This document shows, piece by piece, positions 35,401-48,600 of a stretch of 64,000 nt of DNA (the first letter of the stretch is position 1; every line of letters starts with the position of its first letter). The DNA comes from Obrimoposthia wandeli. Lineage: Eukaryota. Position numbers and translations under genes: made by a program. The notes beneath the pieces were generated by a model. The model had not been told where the DNA came from. It searched no databases and was given only the letters and a program-made list of their open reading frames with translations. The stretch lies in NCBI GenBank assembly GCA_977020255.1, contig CDROCS010000550.1, positions 186,001-250,000 on the forward strand, in the 5' to 3' direction.

Positions 35401-38400
35401 TCGCGTTTGAATTCACAACAATAGAATTTGCCGAGTCAAGAAAGCTTTACCCACACGTTCTAAGTTAAGTTGAAGAAGTTTTAAGAGAGTTGTGTTATAA
35501 ATTAACCAACCTAGGAAGAAGATTTGCATTCGCACCTTTATCGTCATAAGAATAAAGGTTTAACCCCAAAATTCAAGCCGATAGCAAAGTAAAATTATTA
35601 AGAAATCTATAACGCGAGCTTATTCTCGAGTTAGAAGAATAACTCTAAAATCTCGATCACCCCGAACGTAAAATCGATACGTGGTTCATCCCCACTAGTT
35701 GTAGAGACTTACAGAAGTCTTAGGAATTTTTACTATACTTTTTAGAAAATACGTACATAAACGTATTGTTGTGTTTAGTTTCGTGAATTACCAATAAACG
35801 ATTTCCTACATTAGGACAAGTCGTTTTTGCACCCTTCAGATTGAGAGACGTCGAATCAAACACCTTCAGATAGTTCAAGAGATAGGCAACCATAACACTA
35901 AGTAGGCCACGACCAACTTTAAGACCTGCTTCTATTCGAACTCACGTTGGGGCCCTCCGCATTCAAGAGGATCTGTACAAGTTTCGTATAGAAACCCCAA
36001 CATAGGGACTGAAAATGTTGAGCTTGTCGATTTTGCTGATGATGATGATGATAAAAGGAATTCAAAATATTTTATATTTTATGTTTTAATTTAATTTTTT
36101 TGTGATTTCACCACGGTTTTTTGAGTTGCACAAGATGTGAACATTAAAAAAACAGTGCTCTAGTTGATTATACGAATACATCAAATATCCTTTGAAAAAA
36201 GATATTTAGAAAACTTTAGATATCCTATATTCAATTTTTGAAACCAAGTCCTTCAGTTAAGCTAAAATATGTCAGTACAATATTTTATGAAATGGAAAAT
36301 CTTATAAATGAAATAGCTATATGGATAATATCAATAAAAATGAATATGTATGAAAATGAAACTAGGCTACATTATTATAAGAATAACAAAAACCGTATTA
36401 AAGAAGAAAAGGTTTTCATGCATGTCAGAGAGAATATTATTAAGTAAAAAAGTAAAAGAAAAAATCTTTGCTTCTTTACTCAATTAAAAAAATTAAAATG
36501 AACTTCCAAATTATTAAAGTGATAAGAACATGGAACAGTGATATAAAACAAGATTTATCTAATGAGAAATTACCTTACTATTGAGACAACTGCAATGCTA
36601 AGACATCCGATTAATACGTCGAGAATTGATTTTCAAAATTATTTATTGTTTAATATTTCAGCTTATTAATAAAACTGCGTGGATCTTTTTAATAACAAAA
36701 CCGTCAGAATTATATTTAAATGAAGAAAAGTGCTTGAGCAAGTGAATATTGAATGAAGCTCCATTGGCTGCTGATCAATACCAGAATTGAATTCAAGATC
36801 TTACATATTATCAAAAAAGGTATTCTCACAAAAACCGAAATATGTATGTGATCTTCTCGAGCTTGTATATGCATCTTAAGAGCAAAGTTAATGACTGCCG
36901 ATTGATTAAGAAATCCTCAAATAACAAACAGTGATGAAATACTTGAAATTTATGTTCCAAATCTTTACAACAATCTGCCGATAGATATTAAAACTAAAAA
37001 AAATCGAAAAATTCAAGAAGAACCTGAAGACATTATTATTCTGAAAATTTTCCGAATAATGGAAAACCAGAAGCGATTTCGAGTACTAAATCATAATTAA
37101 ATATATATATTATCGCTATATTAAATATATTATTTTATAATATTTGTGCTCTATAAGGATTTTGCCACAAACTCAGTACATATGGTAAAATAATCATTTG
37201 ATTGCTGTCTCTTTCAAGTAAAAAATATTCAAGTATGCAAATGTAAATTTCTAAAAATTTCTTCCAGGAAGGCATGAAAAGACATAAGGACAAAAAGAGA
37301 AGCATTTGTATCTCTGAATTATTCCTTTCTGACTCCTAATCGCAGGAGCTCTGAGGAATTGTGTATGATACGAAAACTATTGCGCACAACAAACTCTCCA
37401 ATCCACCTATGAGAGTAGACAATCATTTTCATTCGGTCAGCGACTTTGTGTCAGTCTTTGAATGCCTCTTGTATTTAGATCAAATTGGCACTTTTCCCGA
37501 ATTTTGGAATCAGAAAATAAGACATTCTAGTTCCTTTCCATTCGACCAAGACAATTATAAGTTGTGTTCGGTTTCGTCGTTCGCAAAATACAACTCTGTT
37601 GAATAAATGAAAGAAGAAAATCAAACAAGCACTGAGTTTAACCAGTAAAATTGGAAATAAATAAAGCTGATAGTTTGAGGCTATCTTGCAGCTTGTCGAA
37701 TTCTCTTCATCAGTGTCACCATCTCCGATTTTATACGATGTCTATTTTACCCTTCGAGGCATCTCCAACTTGCTGGCAGGTATAATCATGTTTTCTTTCT
37801 AATCTTAGCTTTATAATATATTTTGTATTATAAGAGATTTAATTAGTAATTAAATATATCGATTCGATCAAATTAATTTCAAAGCATAATGGCATAATTT
37901 TAATGGAATATTTATAAACTATATTTCAATGACATTGCCAAATTTTAGAATAGAATAATCTTAGTAAATCACATTGTCCTTAGAAGTGACATATATAAAT
38001 TTCATATCTTTATTTGGTATATGATACAGAAGAAAACTCAGTTGACAGTTAAAAGTAAAGTAAAATCCTTTGATGATGTAAGTAATGACCATTTATTTCA
38101 ACAGCACTGATCGATATAAAGACAAAAACTGTATCGTTTTATCTTCATCACTCGAGAACGAGAGTTCTTTTTGATAGTTAATCATTTTAGTGTGTCATTG
38201 GCTTTGAATTTGTCAATAAAAGCTTGATATTCGATTTTATTATAGATTTTACAAAATATCTTTGATTTCAGTTTCATAGATTTTTGGTTCACGGTTTTAC
38301 ATCAGATTACAATAGTTAACAATGAATTTGACTGCAAAAATTGTTATGACTAGGAATATTTAGTTAACTTTGTATTAATCGAAAAAGGCTTATTTGTTTT

Positions 38401-39170
38401 TAGAAAGATAGTATTTAACAGTGTAATGAAGATATTTTGACTTTAAATTTTATTGATGTAATTTAGTTTTAAAAATAACTTTCTAAGAGTAGCTAGTATA
38501 AGATTTAATTTTTATAAGGAATAAACAATGATAATAGATAATTTAATGAATGATAAGTTATAAAAATATTTTTTTTAAATTACTTACCAAAATATTAAAA
38601 TGTATTAACTAAGTTCAATGTAACCTCAATGAATTAATTTGTGCCATAATAACTCAAAGAGGGATCGTCTGAATTTGTTGAAATTACTGATATTATCAAT
38701 TTACTATGCTTCCAGCATAATTACAAAAGGCTAATGAAAGTCAAGAAGATCGAGTGACAGAGTGACTAAAATAGTAATAAACTTCCATTAAAATTAAATG
38801 GTTTTCTTAGTTATTTAATCTGTTAAATATTTTGAATATATATATAAATTAAATCAGTTTTTTTAATAAATATATTTTTCAGAATTTTTCCAAAGTTTAT
38901 AACAACATTTTAGATGTTGACCGATGGATTTATCAAATTTTATTTTGGTTCTATTCCATAAATATTTCACACCAAATCAGTTCTAAACATTCGTTGACTT
39001 TCCTCAGTTATAAATTTAAAAGAATGTTTTTCACCTAGAAATATAAATATTGCTATAAAAATTGTATCCAGCTTTAAAAATTAGCAAGGAAAACATTTTA
39101 GTGAAGGGGACTTTAAATTCAAATGATCACTACCAGTGAAGTTGAATGTGACAAAGCCGGTCCTATAATA

Positions 39171-40112
39171 TGTTGGGGTTTCTATTTGAAACTCTTGTTC
39201 AAGTAGATCCTCGTATGGAGGCCCTCAACGTGAGTTCTGTAGCGATAGGGCTTACATATGGATGTGGCCTATCTATGTTTGTCTTACTTAACTTTTGTCT
39301 CAAATCTGAAGGTTTTTTCAGTATTGTATTGTGATGTGTGTAAGGAGTTGTGTTCACAAAATAACTAGTAGGGTTCAAAACTAATGTGGAGTTATGTATA
39401 CTTAAGAAGTAGACGCTTAGATTCAGGGAAAGGTTTGATTAGCAAACTAGACAGAATATATGGAAAATAGCCGGAGCCAAGTGACGACAACGATACTCCC
39501 GGTAATATTGGGACACACCAATCCTCAAATACCCCAGTGCTTAGAGTACCGTCACTTGGTTGTCCATCGGCTGGCCTATAGCTTAGTGGGCTCGACAATA
39601 TTGCGAGGTTAAAAACGTGAAACAAGCTTTGTTAGTCTGTTCTAATTACTAAACTTTATTTCCTAATACACAACACATAAGGGTTCTAAAACACGATGAT
39701 ACAATTTCACAATTTCGCAGAGAAGGGTGATACTCTAAGTTTTTTTTCTAGTTATTTACTTCGTTATTTATACAGTCTTTTAATACTCGTATGCTCACTC
39801 TAATTAAACCTGTCGTACAACTCTTACTATTAAGTATAATCTTGTCTTATTCTTTACTGGATATTCAGATTATCGAATACGTATAATTACTATAATATTG
39901 CCTAGGAGACTGCCAACGACACAGGCAACGTATGACCACTATGATTGATACTGAAATGATATATGTCAAACTATTCAAATTTGTACGGAGAATTAACGAT
40001 TACGACAATATGAAATTACTTAAATTCGTACTGATGATTTATGATAATGACAATGTAAACTATTTAAATTCGTACTGAGATTTAATGATAACGTTAAATA
40101 TAAAATCACTTT
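39171..40112 (-). mobile_element. Truncated solo-LTR-family copy
   Basis: Starts TGTTGGGGTTTCT and is collinear with the 21178 copy; the other end was not found. Confidence 0.75.
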
Positions 40113-40660
40113 AGTTATGTAATCAGAAACCGGAATTATCATACTTTCATTAATTTGTTAGGGAACTGATATTTAATGAACATAATATAAATTGTGTTGT
40201 GAAATCGAAGTCTTGAATTATGTCTACGATAGAAAACATAACTGACGACCACGCCGAAATAAATGTAGTGACAAGAAGTCAATCGAAGAAGAATATCCTC
40301 GAGACTATGCCTAAAGAATAAAGAATGATGTTCCAGTATAACATAAGAAGATACGATGGAATGAGTTCAAAGGAAGGTGAACAATGGTTAAAGGATATAG
40401 GAGAATGGGTTGACGCAAATCTGATTAATATTGGGGATGCATTTGAGTTGCTGTTGACCGAAGAAGCAGGATTATTATGGAAAGATGCCAGTGAAAGGTT
40501 AAATTCAAATATCGAAGTCAAAAAATGGTTTGAAGAAAATTTCCTAGAAAGGAAATCCATAGTTGACAAAGTTTGCGAACTTGCAAAAGTGAAGCAAGTA
40601 GAAGTCGAGCGTTTCTCAGCGTTCAGCATTAAAGTGAAAAAACTATTTTACGAAATAAAA
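40113..40660 (+). mobile_element. Second, truncated copy of the 131-bp-LTR gypsy element (5' LTR, PBS, start of gag)
   Basis: LTR 40113-40243; PBS variant TGACGACCACG; gag nearly identical to 28050. Confidence 0.92.
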
Positions 40661-43600
40661 ATATTTGTTTTATCTAATCTAGATTTGGTTTTGAGAAAGG
40701 CACTTATGAAAAAGTTACCGATGTAGTCGCCTTGGTTGCCTCATGCTGGGTACTGAATATTATATTAATAAATTACCAAGATGTTATATTTATCAAATGT
40801 TCTAGTAAAAATCTGGCTAACCTTATGAAAATCTAAGTTCACAAGAAATGAATTGAGAAATTCAAAGGCTGCAATAATTTGCATACAAATACACAAAAAG
40901 AATGAAAGATAAACAAATCAAAACGTCAATTATATTTATATTTTGCTCTTAAGCCTGGATATTGGTTGCTTTATTAACAAAACAATGTGAAATGCTAGTT
41001 AACAATAGACATGAGGTCTTAATAGATTTAAAAATATTGTGATGTCATTTAGTGAATATCAGAGACCGTGTAATGTGTAAAAACTACATCCAAATCTTAC
41101 ATCATGTTGGCACAAGTGGTTCTTATTGCTTAAATCTTTGTATTTTTGAATTTGTGATGACTTTAAACAATGTACAACGTCAGGTCAACATGCCTTAAAA
41201 TTGATAATCATTATTTTGTTTTCTTTTTCCATGTAGCCATGTTTATCTTTCAACTTCTTACATGATGACTACCAAATGTGTAGCAAGGACTGGTCAATAT
41301 ACGCAATCTATGAGCACAGTATATTAAACATTTCCATTGGACAGTAACAATTCAGAAATATTTAGAAATCACCACATGCAACAAGTAGAGAGTAACTAGT
41401 TATAATGTATACAACAAAACCCTACTTTATGTTATTGAGCTGGCAGCAGATGTCGATTTTTGCCCAGTTTATTGGGGTCAAGAAGAGCGATAGAAATCCC
41501 AAAATGGCTTCAAAGATATGGTTTTTGGTTAATGTTTTCCTACTTACCTATTTGCTCCTATACTGAACAATGAAGCACAATTAATTTAAATTCCTGTTAA
41601 CTAAAATACGATAATACTATACATATTTTCAAAGAGAAATGTTACGGAACTATAATTAATTCCTGATAAATTGTTCACTAAATACCTCTAATTATCTACT
41701 TCATAAATCAACAAACATTTAAAATGTTGTCGATCGTTGTTGTAAAGATTGTCTAATATATCATTGCTGACTCCACTCTTAATCAAATTGAAAACAAACC
41801 AGATCATTTGAAGTGAAAATGCTCTTATAAACTCAATATTTCTGAGTACTACTGCTAAATTTATCGACAAAATGAAATGTTTTTTAAAAATGAAACATAC
41901 CATGAATTCATGTAAATCAGGCTCAGTTTCCTTGTTTTCATTTAATTACGTTATGTAAAATTGCAATGTTATTATCATTTACTCCCGTTCGCTGCTATAA
42001 GATGCGAATAGACAACATATGCTTCACCCGCTTCAGTGTTCAAATATAGGCGTTTCAGGAAATAATTCCTGCATATACTTCTATTATACCTTAATGTTAT
42101 TTGTTTTTAGACTGAAAATTTGAATTTGTAAATCATGCTTTAATTCTAATATTAATGTAGAAAAACAAATATTCAGATGTATTGTTGAAAATTTTAAACA
42201 TAATCATGATTTTAATTACATATATAAAATAGACTAAGATTAATTTAATATGATATTTCTAATAAATTGATATTGATTTTATTAAATTTGAATATTCTAA
42301 TTATAAATTATTTTAAACAAGGAATATTTCAACTTGTAGATCACAGTCAGTATATTTTTTTAAATAAATATGTAAGTCCATCAAGCATGAAATCATTGCA
42401 TTGAATTATGAGATGGCGCATGGTCGAAAGAAGAAAAAAATAATGATGATTTAATTGGACATTGATATGGCAAATATTGGGCAGCGGTGCACAGAAGCTA
42501 AGTGTGGACATAAGCGCCAGGATTAATGCATACGGAGTGATTAGTGATTCTGGTATCTCACAGAATGTGTCACCCGATTTCCACCCGAATAGGCTGCCGA
42601 TTTCAGAATGCTCGTGAAAAGCGAGAGAGGAAGCAATGAAAAAGTGACTGCTTACCGCATTGTGCTCTGATTTTTAATCTGTTCCCGAAAAATTTCTCCT
42701 GGAATTACAGCCCCCGGCCACTTTGAAGAAGATGGCAGAATCGATATTCTCCCGAAATCGGGGAACAAATGGATTGAGAGAGGTGTCTATTGATGCAGGT
42801 TACAGTACCAAGATGATAAATATTTCTGAAAATTTCTGAATTAATTCAATTTTTCATTTGTTTTTGGCTCAACTTCTAATGAAAACTTTTTTTATTAAAA
42901 ATAAAGAAGTTCAAACTTTGTGATTTTACTGTTCTCTTTTACAATACATTGTTGACTAAACCACACAAAAAACTTTTTAAAAAGTATTATTGAGATTTTA
43001 TATAGCATAATTATTTAGCATTTATAAATATCCTGCATAATTTATCCTACTTTGTTCACTTATGTATACTATAAAAAACCTCAAAATAATTTTTTGTTGA
43101 AAAATGTGCTTTACGTGGTCAAGGTCAGAATAGTGACGATATATTGTAACATTAACTGGTTCGACATTCGTTAAAAATTCGAATTTGCTATCTTGATTTT
43201 TGTCTGTCGAAGCGTCTTAACTAAGACTGTTCAAAATCTGATCCACAAAGTGAAATATTATACATAAATAACTATTAAGAAGTATTAAATCAAGAATTTC
43301 ACAAATATAATTGAAATTTACAAAATAAGAAGTATATGATAATTTCACGATGTATTTATAATACAAGGTGCTTCCAAACTTGTAATGTGTTTCATAAATT
43401 TTATTTTTGTATAATATATGTGTATAATTACATTGTGAATTGAAGTTTGTTGAATATTTTAAATTAAAAACTCAATCAACTTCTGACAACGGAATATACC
43501 ACAATATTGATTTTGATTTACTTTGATTTGAGTGAAAGTATCTATGGAAATTCAAGAAAATGTATATTTTATTAGTTTTGGACAATTTGCACCTTAAAAT

Positions 43601-45657
43601 TATATTAAAGACAAATTTTAAAAGTTATACCTAAATTTTACTAAAACACTTAAAATAAGTTTCTAATAAATAACTCTTTTTACACTGAACAAAATTCATT
43701 TTTGAAAAATATTAATGTTCATATTTAAAACTTCTATTTTTAACATTACATTAAAAAAATAAAACAGCGTCGTGTTTTGTTTTTTGTTTCTCGTTAAATT
43801 ATCAAATGACATAATTTTAATGTATGGGAGTTAAATCTAAGCAGTGAAGAAATAAAATAAATTAAAACGTTTTAATATGTTAAGATAAGATTGATTATAA
43901 GGCACCAGATCCAATGATGTACTACCCATTACTAAACAGCCCAGGCAACTTTCATACAATAACTTCCCTTTTTTACAAAAAGCTACTGGAACTCTTCGTA
44001 GCATTTCCTACATAGTAAAATCTTCCACTTTGCTACATATGTATCAAATTTCTGACAATTCTGTATGTACAATAATAGATTATTATACAATTTTGCATAA
44101 TAATATTCAAAAATACTGTCTTCATCTTTTTTGGTTGAGGATTTTACAATTGATTTTGGCAACGTTTCATTTTTCAATTTAGTGTCATACTGCGTAAAAT
44201 AATAACATTTATTTTTCTCTTTAACCAAATAGCAAATTTCTACTCTAAATACTCTAATAACTATTTACAAAAATTCCACCTCGCCAGGATTTTGAGTATC
44301 GACATTTATATACACAAATATAACGATTTAACATATGAAGCACTGTATTTAGTCATAATAATTAATTATTAAGTACGATCTGCTACGAAAACATGGAATG
44401 CTTGTATCGGCTTCTAATAGATTCCAGTGTTGCAAATGTGAGCCAAGTATTTCGGTTTACCGTTTATAAGAATCAAATATCTTACTAAGTTATTTACTTT
44501 AGTCTTACTTATGAGATCGGTTTTTCATAATCTGTATTTGTAATATTATTTTTCCTTTTTGTGTATCAACTTCCGATTTAGAAAATTTAGAATTGAAGAT
44601 GAAAATATTTTAAAATACTTTTATTTACATAAAATCATAATCTAAAATATTTTAATACCGGATGATTGTAATAAGAATGTAAAATTATCCCTAAAATCTT
44701 ATATTCACAGAGAAAATTTTTATGTTGTGTTGTTTAATTTGAATTTTAAAATTCTATCATTTCGCTAATGCTTGTTTTCTTTTTATAAATTATGCTTTTC
44801 TGTTTTCTAATTCTATCTATAAAACGGCAAAATATAGTAAGAAATAAAAATACCGAAACAATCAATGAAAAATGAAAAATAATATGTCTTATTCAACATT
44901 TTTAATGAAGTAATATAAAGAACTTATTGAAAAATAAAATAGCAGCAAAATCACTACTGCTAAACCCGACGTAATCATTTAAAATATACAAGCATGAGCT
45001 CAAGAGCATAGCGACAAATTAAAAAAGTGAATAAAGCATATTTGTATTTTTATCTTAGTTAAACATTGAAATTCCGGGAAAAACAAGTTCTAATTGCTAG
45101 GCTTAAATAACGTATGCACACAAAAACCGGGAAATGTATGCTATGCCGTTATATCGTAAAATTGAGGAATCCTGTTTGCACAAACCGTATTGGTTACCCA
45201 TTGATTGGGCAATTGACGGCCAGCGAATGTGTGATAATATCGAGCAGATCTGCCGGCGGCAATATCGAGGAAAGACAACAAGAAATCCAGTGGCACGGAA
45301 GGGAGAGAGAGACAAAATAGAAGAACCAATGAATGAAGAAATTGCAGAACGATTCAGGTGTACGTGTGTCCGTGAGCTTGTGTCTAGTTGTGTGGCAAAC
45401 AAGTGTGTGTGTGTGGGTCTAGCTTGTGAGTTCGCTGCCAATACTGAAGCAGTATACATAATAAAAACAGCACTCGAGGCAATTTTTGTCAGTTAACAAA
45501 AAATAATAGCTGGAGAAAAAATACAAATCCTGAGATTTTTGTTAGGGCGTAATAACAGAGACAAATCAAAAGCACAGTTAAAGAGAAATAGAGAGAGACT
45601 TTTGCCAAGGGCACTTTTGAAGCAACACAGAAATTCAGAAGAAAACAGCAGTAGAAA

Positions 45658-48600
45658 ATGCGCGAGCGTGTCAATTCATTAATTTGTGGCACTAATGCGG
45701 TATCGGGTGGTAGCAGCACTGACGAGCACCAGTTTGAGTTGGCGAGTTACTCGCTCCTGCACCAAGCGGCTACCGCAGCAGACTGCCATTTTGTGGGCAG
45801 CAACAGCTCAGTGGACGTGAAAGACAATGAGAGTAGCAACAGTTGTGCAAGCAGCACTAGTGCAGTTATGGCCAGACGATTGATACCGCTTCTAGCGGCC
45901 GACCAACATTATCAGCAACAGCAGCAACATCAGCAACAGCAACAGCAACATATGATGATGCTCAACATGCAGGAGCAGCGCAAGCTCGCCAACAACAGCA
46001 GCAACTCGTCTTCTGTCACCGCAGAGCCCCCTTTCTATCCTCCTCCGCAACATCAGCAGCCACCACAGCAGCAGCAACAAAATGCTCTCACAGTTGCTGA
46101 CTTTACCGGTCAAAATCCATACTCAGTGCACTATCCTCCTTGTGCACCAGCCATCTTTCAGCAGGCTTTCAGCAATGGAAGTTCATACTCTACATTTCCC
46201 GGGATGATGGCATCCCGTCAGCAGCAACAGCAACAACAACTCTATCAGCACCATTACTCCCAGCAGCAGCAGCAACAACTACAGGGCTCTCATCCTCAGA
46301 TGCACCACATCCACCAGCAGCAACAACAGCAACACCAACAGCAGCATCTTCAGCATCTCAGCCAACACTCCCACCAAGCACAGCAGCACCAGCAGCAATC
46401 TCAGCACCATCAATTGTTGCTTAATCAGATGGCTGCAGCGGCAGCAACAACAGCGGCATCTTCAGCAGCAGCTGCAGCCGCCTATGATCCCTACTCAGTA
46501 TCCACAGTCACAGCAGCAGCTGCGGCCAGTCTGATGGATTCATCCTTGAATCAGGAGTTTGGGCTTCATCACAGTATGATCAATGACGATCTACAGGTAA
46601 GACTTCCTCCATACTTTTTCTCTAAAAATAGACTATGATTGCACCGCAATTTTCACAGAATTAAGTCAAACATAGCTCTTACTCTTAGTAATTAGATTGA
46701 TATAACGTTCATTAAAGGTATATTAATGTTTAAATGTAACAGAAAAATAAATCAAAGTTCAAAGGTGTAATAAAAATAATAAAATGATTTCTAATTGTGA
46801 AGAAATGAAAATAAAAATAATAAAATGATTTCTAAATGTGAAGAAATTAAATGAAACTTTTTCTATTAATTAAAATAAAATATTTCTATGAATAAAATAT
46901 GAATTTAATTAGTTTGTTTACATACGTTAATTATTTTATTAAGCGCCGTATTTGAAAAGTTTCTTTATAAATATAAAAACATTTTAAATATTTCTATTGA
47001 CTTTACGTTAAAATTATGATAAAATTTTGATTTTATCAGTAATTCCAATATAATTTTTTTGTAATTTAATTTTTTTAAATTATTTTACAATTTTAATTTC
47101 ACAGAATACAAATTTTGGGTTTCGTATGTCTTATCTTTTTGTACGTACACTGAAAATTACATGTTTTTTATTTGTTGACAATGACATATTTTTTAAAAAG
47201 AGAATTCACGGAACTTGATTAGAATTATAAATAGTGATTCTTTTTCTAAAATTTAAAGTGTAGTTTTTATCTAACATATTAGAAATTTCAATTATTTCCC
47301 TTATCTGATTTTAATTTATACATTTTTAATGTTTGACTTCCATATAGACTAATATTGATTTATAAATCTCACGAGAGTAATTACTGTAATCTGAAAATTA
47401 AGAAACATTCATATTTCGTTAAATATTTCACTCTTGTAAAGTAAATTTTGAGGTATATCTTTGAAATTTGATAGCAAAGCTTTACTTTGTTCAAATTCTG
47501 CCTTAATTAACATTAGATTTAAAAATATTGTTATTTTAAAAAAATAAATCCAGTTAAATTTTAATTCCTAAAAGTTTCTAATTTCGTGTTAAATTTTCAG
47601 TCCAACAATTGAATTTATGTTTTTGATTATTTTTTCAACTAAAAACTAGTATCTATTGATCGAATAAGCACGATTCACTAGCATGCTCATATGCGCTACC
47701 TGTATGTTGCTAGGGGCAAATTAGCAGTTAAAATGTGCAATAAACACATAACCCATACACACACGTGCAATACTGACCACATCTGTGATGAAATGAAAAA
47801 AATATGAGTTGATAAATAACTAACACACAGTTTCTTGAAAAAAAGTATTTTCCATAATATTCGAAGTTTGTTGCACACACCTATACATTTTGTGTCGGAG
47901 AATATGTTTATTATTTTAGCCATACTATTCGATATGTGTGTGTTTCTAATAAGATACAATTGGGCTGCGAATGTTTGTTGATGAGCGAAACTTTTTGTAG
48001 TTTGTGATAAACAATTTCACATTAAAACAAGGCTGAAAAGCCTCCAGCTAAAATGATGATGAAGAAATTAATGTATACACCGAAATATCCACCGATCAGT
48101 GAGTTGAATCTTAAAACATGTGCATACTATAGTTGAACAGCTCGACAGATAGAGGTAAAGAGTTACCCAAACATGTGTGTGTATGTTTATGGCTGTGGTC
48201 CAGCGCAGAAATTATCATCGTTTTTTGTTGTTGCTTTCAGAACGGTATTCTCGATGAAGGTGCTGCTGCCGGATTTCTCAACAACGACAACCAAATTGTT
48301 TACAGGAAAGGTGAGCTTCAATTCTTTTTTACTAATTCAAATTAATAAACAATCTCGAAGTAAATATGACACTGTTTTTTATTCTTTGATTCGAAATAGT
48401 TATAGTTATTTTAAGCTAAATTATCTCTTTGGAATTTCAATAATAAATAAATATTTATTTCAAACATCGCAGTATTATAAATGTACATCTGTTTTGATTT
48501 TCTGCAGATGTTTTTGTTCAATCGACAAAATTACATAAAACCGTTATCAAATGTGATAGAGCGTATAATTTTGCAGCTGCTTCAGATTTTACTTCCTGGT

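Larger units (their letters stand above)
33758..36002 (+). mobile_element. Solo LTR, 2245 bp, with two tandem arrays
   Basis: TGTTAGG...CCCCAACA with TSD TAGG; TATATAA near 34158. Confidence 0.92.

Noticed and set aside
45892-46424. Antisense and alternate-frame ORFs over AP-2 exon 1
   Set aside because: Shadows of CAG/CAA repeats.
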